Assembly: GCA_964439935.1 (NCBI GenBank) | Contig: CAYTPW010000005.1 | Location: forward strand, 71,410 to 135,409 | Length of the DNA: 64,000 bases | Direction: 5' to 3' | Source: an uncultured bacterium | GTDB taxonomy: Bacteria > Fidelibacterota > Marinisomatia > Marinisomatales > TCS56 | Shown: piece by piece, positions 60,220 through 64,000 of the stretch | How positions within the stretch are numbered: position 1 is the stretch's first letter | How the letters are laid out: the number at the start of each line of letters is the position of its first letter | Program-made: the position numbers and the translations under genes | Notes under the pieces: model-generated | Told to the model about the DNA's origin: nothing | Databases searched by the model: none | What the model saw: the letters and a program-made list of their open reading frames with translations, nothing else

Positions 60220-60704
60220 TTCAAGTGTAAAATTAGATCATCTCCGCCACCCATTTGACCATCAGGTCCGTAACTGACGAGGCTTGTATCGTCGGCGGAG
60301 TAGCTGTGGGTTATATAGGCAGAGCTCCAAGCATCGGTTTTCCATTCATCCGAACCATCATCGGATATATATGGTCCGTTCCAACCGGTCTGGGTATAAC
60401 GATTCCAATCCGGGAGGGAACCCTGTGATATTAATTCTGAAAATGGACTTGGTAAACGACCGACATCTCCGTTAAAACCTTTATCCACCAGTGTTCCACC
60501 AGCGACCGCTGAAGGATCCCCCATGATTGCTTTTTTTAATTCTGTCATCTCACCACGGGTTGCTTTATCTCTGGATACCTCAATAATATTTGTTACTTTT
60601 GGTATAGCTATGGCAGACAGGATTGATAAGATGATAATTACCATTACCAGTTCGATCAACGTAAATCCAGCAGAAGACGAATAATTTGCAGAGGACTTCA
60701 TCAT
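60216..60704 (-). CDS. GspG-like major pilin/pseudopilin
   Basis: SAG|FTLIELVMVIIILSILSAIAIP; GWNGPY, DAW, SYGPDG..GGGDD as in the GspG C-terminus. Confidence 0.85.
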   Translation of the reverse strand: MMKSSANYSSSAGFTLIELVMVIIILSILSAIAIPKVTNIIEVSRDKATRGEMTELKKAIMGDPSAVAGGTLVDKGFNGDVGRLPSPFSELISQGSLPDWNRYTQTGWNGPYISDDGSDEWKTDAWSSAYITHSYSADDTSLVSYGPDGQMGGGDDLILHLK

Positions 60705-60773
60705 CTTATTTTACTAATTATTGTAGGTTTAGTTGTGATTGAAATCACAGTCTCGCGGTTTTTAATAAATATT

Positions 60774-60980
60774 TTAATAAATAGCATATACAAATAGTAG
60801 ACAAGTTCCTATAATTAGAAGAATTACACCTGTTGGTAATGAATGCTCGATAAAATATGAGTCTTTGAATATTACAGAATTGGCTTTTTTCGCCAACATG
60901 ATAAGACTGGTAGGGGATATTAATAATAATAATCCAATTACAAGGGCAACCAAAAATATTGAAAATCCTATTATCTGCAT
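60774..60980 (-). CDS. small two-TM membrane protein (paralog of 51807..52016)
   Basis: 68 aa, AGGAAAG RBS; first gene after the sigma54 motif. Confidence 0.7.
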   Translation of the reverse strand: MQIIGFSIFLVALVIGLLLLISPTSLIMLAKKANSVIFKDSYFIEHSLPTGVILLIIGTCLLFVYAIY

Positions 60981-61041
60981 TTTATGATACTTTCCTAATT
61001 ATCCTCAACTGGAACTGGACGCAATACTATTCAATATAAAG

Positions 61042-61058
61042 AGCAATTCATATGCCAA
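61042..61058 (-). promoter_or_regulatory. sigma54 (RpoN) promoter of the pilin operon
   Basis: Minus strand TTGGCATATGAATTGCT, a near-consensus TGGCAC-N5-TTGC, ~60 bp upstream of ATG 60980. Confidence 0.75.
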
Positions 61059-61183
61059 ACCATTAATAATTCCTGTATTTTCATTATTAATAATATATTT
61101 TGCTTAAATAAATCATTATTGTTAGTTGTAGATGATAGGAGCGGGGAAAATTATTCGGTTTGAATTAAACATTATAAGGGTAA

Positions 61184-61200
61184 TGTTACATATTGTAACA
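61184..61200. promoter_or_regulatory. palindromic candidate enhancer (bEBP upstream activating sequence)
   Basis: TGTTACA-TAT-TGTAACA inverted repeat ~130 bp upstream of the sigma54 motif. Confidence 0.5.
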
Positions 61201-61310
61201 GTATCCACCGCAAAACTAGTCTGGCGGGTAAGTTAGCATTATTTTTTGAGTTATGATTGCGGTAAATATTAATATAATAAGAGTAAATATACAGATATAT
61301 CGGTCAATTT

Positions 61311-62432
61311 CTAATCATCTTTAAATGATATGGCATCACTCATCACCGGATGCTTGGTAGCCTGTTCCTCTACGCCGTCCATTTTTATTCTTAATTTTAA
61401 ATCATTAGCACTGTCAGCTGCGGCCAGGGCATCCTCTAGCTTGATAGTTCCATCCTGATAAAGATCAAACAAATGCTGGTCGAATGTCTGTAAACCCGAT
61501 TGTTTGGCAGCAGCAATAGCACTTTTAATTCCATCGATATCGCCCTTATGAATCAAATCACTGATACGGGAGGTGTTTATTAATATCTCGATAGCAGCAA
61601 TCATGCCTTTGCCGGAAGATCGGGGAACCAGACGCTGGGATAGGATTGCTTTTAAATTCAACGACATATGCTGGCGTATCATGGGGTGGTTGTCGACGGG
61701 GAAAAAATTCATGATTCTTTCAAGCGTCTGATTTGAATTGACCGAATGCAGAGTACTGAATACCAGATGACCGGTTTCTGCAAATGTCAGAGCTGCTTTC
61801 ATCGTATCCTGATCTCTGATTTCACCAATCAGCAGTACATCAGGTGTCTGCCGGAGGGCGCTTTTTAAAGCACGTTGGTAAGAATCGGTATCCATGCCGA
61901 CTTCCCGTTGGGTAACAATACATTTTTTATGGTAATGTAAAAACTCCATTGGATCTTCAATTGATACGATGTGACCTGATCGGTCGGAATTGATGTGGTC
62001 AATCATGGCGGCTAGGGTAGTGGACTTGCCACTGCCGGTCGCACCAGTCACCAGAATTAATCCGCGTTGAGTATCGCATAATTTTTTAATTTTTGGTGGC
62101 AAATCCAATTCATCCATCGTGCGTATTTCTGATTTAATATGTCTCAAAACAAGTCCGATTGATCCACGTTGCCGGTACACATTAATCCGCACGCGACCTA
62201 CACCAGGTACACTGTAAGCAATATCGATTTCGCGTTCTTCATTGAATTGGTGGGTTTGCTCATCATCAAGAAAAGATAGGGCGATTTTTTCGGTAACATC
62301 AGGGGATAATTTCGTTGAACTGACCGGGTATATATTTTTACCGATCCGGTACATCGGCGGACTTCCGACTGCAATATACAGATCGGTGGCATCCTTATCG
62401 ACCATCATCTTTAATAGATCACTGAAATTCAT
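61311..62432 (-). CDS. pilU: type IV pilus retraction ATPase PilU-like
   Basis: GATGSGKSTT, IEDPME, QREVG.DT, LRQTPDVLLIGEIRD, GHLVFSTLH, C-terminal A.SANDLKL; immediately downstream of pilT. Confidence 0.85.
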   Translation of the reverse strand: MNFSDLLKMMVDKDATDLYIAVGSPPMYRIGKNIYPVSSTKLSPDVTEKIALSFLDDEQTHQFNEEREIDIAYSVPGVGRVRINVYRQRGSIGLVLRHIKSEIRTMDELDLPPKIKKLCDTQRGLILVTGATGSGKSTTLAAMIDHINSDRSGHIVSIEDPMEFLHYHKKCIVTQREVGMDTDSYQRALKSALRQTPDVLLIGEIRDQDTMKAALTFAETGHLVFSTLHSVNSNQTLERIMNFFPVDNHPMIRQHMSLNLKAILSQRLVPRSSGKGMIAAIEILINTSRISDLIHKGDIDGIKSAIAAAKQSGLQTFDQHLFDLYQDGTIKLEDALAAADSANDLKLRIKMDGVEEQATKHPVMSDAISFKDD

Positions 62433-62484
62433 GTCTATCTCCTTTGTCCGCTGCCTTTCCGAAGAAGATTACGGATTCAATTTA

Positions 62485-63525
62485 TCACTGCAGGGATTTA
62501 TCGTCAAGATGTTCCATGGCTAGCTCACGTGCTATCAATTTTTGGTCATATAATTTTCGGATTGCCTGTTCCATGGTACACATTCCTAGGGATGAGCCGG
62601 TTTGGAGCGCGGAGCTTAATTGAAAAGTTTTATTCTCCCTGATGAGAGCGCGTACGGCATTCGAGGCAATCATTATCTCCAGTGCTGCAATCCGGCCTTT
62701 TCCACCGATTTTTTTAAGTAATATTTGGGCCACGACTCCTTCGACAGAATCAGCGAACATTGCCCGGATTTGAGATTGCTGGCTGGTTGGGAAAACATCC
62801 ACGATCCGGTCAACTGTTTTGGCAACACTGTTGGTATGTAATGTACCAAATACCAGGTGGCCGGTCTCAGCAGCGCTGATTGCCAGCGAAATGGTTTCCA
62901 GGTCCCGCATTTCACCAACCAGGATAACATCAGGATCTTCTCGCAAAGCACTGCGCAAAGCGTTGCTGAATGAACGGGTGTCCCGTCCGACCTCGCGTTG
63001 ACTTATCAAACAACTCTTGCTTTCATGGACAAATTCAATCGGATCCTCAATGGTAATTATATGGGAACGGCGGGTCCGGTTGATATAATCTACCATGGCG
63101 GCCAATGTTGTGGACTTTCCGCTGCCAGTCGGACCGGTTACCAGAACAAGACCTTTTTCCATTTCACAGAATTTTATCAGGGGTTGGGGTAAATTCAACT
63201 CTTCAAGCGTCATGATTTTATTCGGTATTGTCCTGAATACAGCTGCCTTGCCATGATTCTGATAATATACATTAACACGGAAACGGCCCATTTCGCCAAT
63301 TTCACGGCTGAAGTCCAATTCCCAATTTTCTTCGAAGCGCTTACGATCCTCATCAGTCATGATGTCATAAATTAAATGATGTATATCATCAGGTATTAAA
63401 TCGGGAACATCGACTTTCCGCATTTCGCCATCGATTCGAACCATTGGTGCCGAGCCGGCGTTCAAATGAAGGTCTGATGCTCCTGAGTTTACGGTAAACT
63501 GTAATAATTCAATTATGTCTATCAT
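62485..63525 (-). CDS. pilT: type IV pilus retraction ATPase PilT
   Basis: ASDLHL, GPTGSGKSTT, TIEDPIE, LREDPDVILVGEMRD, GHLVFGTLH, AVRALIRE (AIRNLIRE box). Confidence 0.95.
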   Translation of the reverse strand: MIDIIELLQFTVNSGASDLHLNAGSAPMVRIDGEMRKVDVPDLIPDDIHHLIYDIMTDEDRKRFEENWELDFSREIGEMGRFRVNVYYQNHGKAAVFRTIPNKIMTLEELNLPQPLIKFCEMEKGLVLVTGPTGSGKSTTLAAMVDYINRTRRSHIITIEDPIEFVHESKSCLISQREVGRDTRSFSNALRSALREDPDVILVGEMRDLETISLAISAAETGHLVFGTLHTNSVAKTVDRIVDVFPTSQQSQIRAMFADSVEGVVAQILLKKIGGKGRIAALEIMIASNAVRALIRENKTFQLSSALQTGSSLGMCTMEQAIRKLYDQKLIARELAMEHLDDKSLQ

Positions 63526-63616
63526 AATAGTTACCTGTGAAGTTTATTAAGCTGCTCTGACCGGCGTTTGCAAACGAATACTACCTGCCTATAGTTTCTG
63601 AATTCTAGGCTGGACA

Positions 63617-64000
63617 TTATAATTTCAGAATTATCAATAAGTATACCCAGCCCAGTAATAAAAGCGAGGACCATAGAAAAATGGATTTTAAAAGTGAAAT
63701 TTGTGCCAACGCTATTTCTCTAATTTCATCACTAATATACAATGAATAGTTGCGGATACTGTTAACTTTGGTGTCACCTGATTTGTACAAAAACAACTCT
63801 TTAGCAAGATTCTCCGGGAAATTTTCCAGCAATTTGATAATTCCATCCGGGGGATCATCATTTTGTAATCCCTGGTGAATTAAGGCCAGGTCACGGTCGC
63901 AGGAAGCGAACTGCAGATAAGTTTTCTGTAAATCTACATTTTGCAGAAAAGGAACACCGGATTGTTGGAAAGTATCGAATAGATAGCAAAATCTGCTGAT
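63617..64000 (-). CDS. 3' part of a divergent PilC/GspF-like platform protein (truncated by window end)
   Basis: Frame is open from the window edge: ISRFCYLFDTFQQSGVPFLQ..I.QGL..G....L..FP..L......SG......E......LLK plus terminal TM. Resembles the second T2SSF repeat. Confidence 0.5.
   Translation of the reverse strand: MSRFCYLFDTFQQSGVPFLQNVDLQKTYLQFASCDRDLALIHQGLQNDDPPDGIIKLLENFPENLAKELFLYKSGDTKVNSIRNYSLYISDEIREIALAQISLLKSIFLWSSLLLLGWVYLLIILKL

Noticed and set aside
207-63192. Numerous 60-180 aa ORFs overlapping the long genes (e.g. 13004..13480, 43207..43659, 50459..50905, 57945..58481)
   Set aside because: They lie within or antisense to well-supported CDSs and show no recognisable motifs.
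63565-63576. 12-bp palindrome CGTTTGCAAACG upstream of pilT
   Set aside because: Single short occurrence with no loop or T-tract and no regulator to link it to; may be chance.

Overview
Gene-dense bacterial window, most consistent with an FCB-group organism of the Marinimicrobia/Calditrichota type. This is inferred from the PorV-like gene, T9SS C-terminal sorting domains and dockerin-tagged secreted enzymes. It has three blocks. (1) 1-24443 (+): one long co-directional glycan-utilisation locus with a T9SS cargo end plus PorV, a sugar ABC transporter, two GH38-like mannosidases, two DUF4185/GH183-like proteins, an unclassified six-hairpin glycosidase, an esterase, a ROK kinase and a mannose-6-P isomerase. 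It ends in a UroD/MtaA-type methyltransferase, a corrinoid protein and a C-N hydrolase. (2) 24.5-47.4 kb: signalling and envelope genes, including a hybrid kinase with a sigma54/IHF promoter, a candidate structured RNA, a phytol-kinase/DUF92 fusion, a dockerin-bearing protease and CapA-family protein, a His-less pseudokinase, Hpt plus diguanylate cyclase, and a GT-C-like protein. (3) 47.4-64 kb (-): an unusual type IV filament locus. It has a divergent PilC-like gene, pilT and pilU, then a sigma54-driven operon encoding a GspG-like pilin, four giant paralogous multi-domain pilins (538-1045 aa) bracketed by two paralogous ~68-aa membrane proteins, and two membrane-fused spermidine-synthase-fold proteins. 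Block 3 is the best candidate for an undescribed system, followed by the glycan locus with its cobalamin methyltransferase module. No rRNA, tRNA, CRISPR array or mobile element was recognised. All family calls come from motifs read by eye, without database searches.
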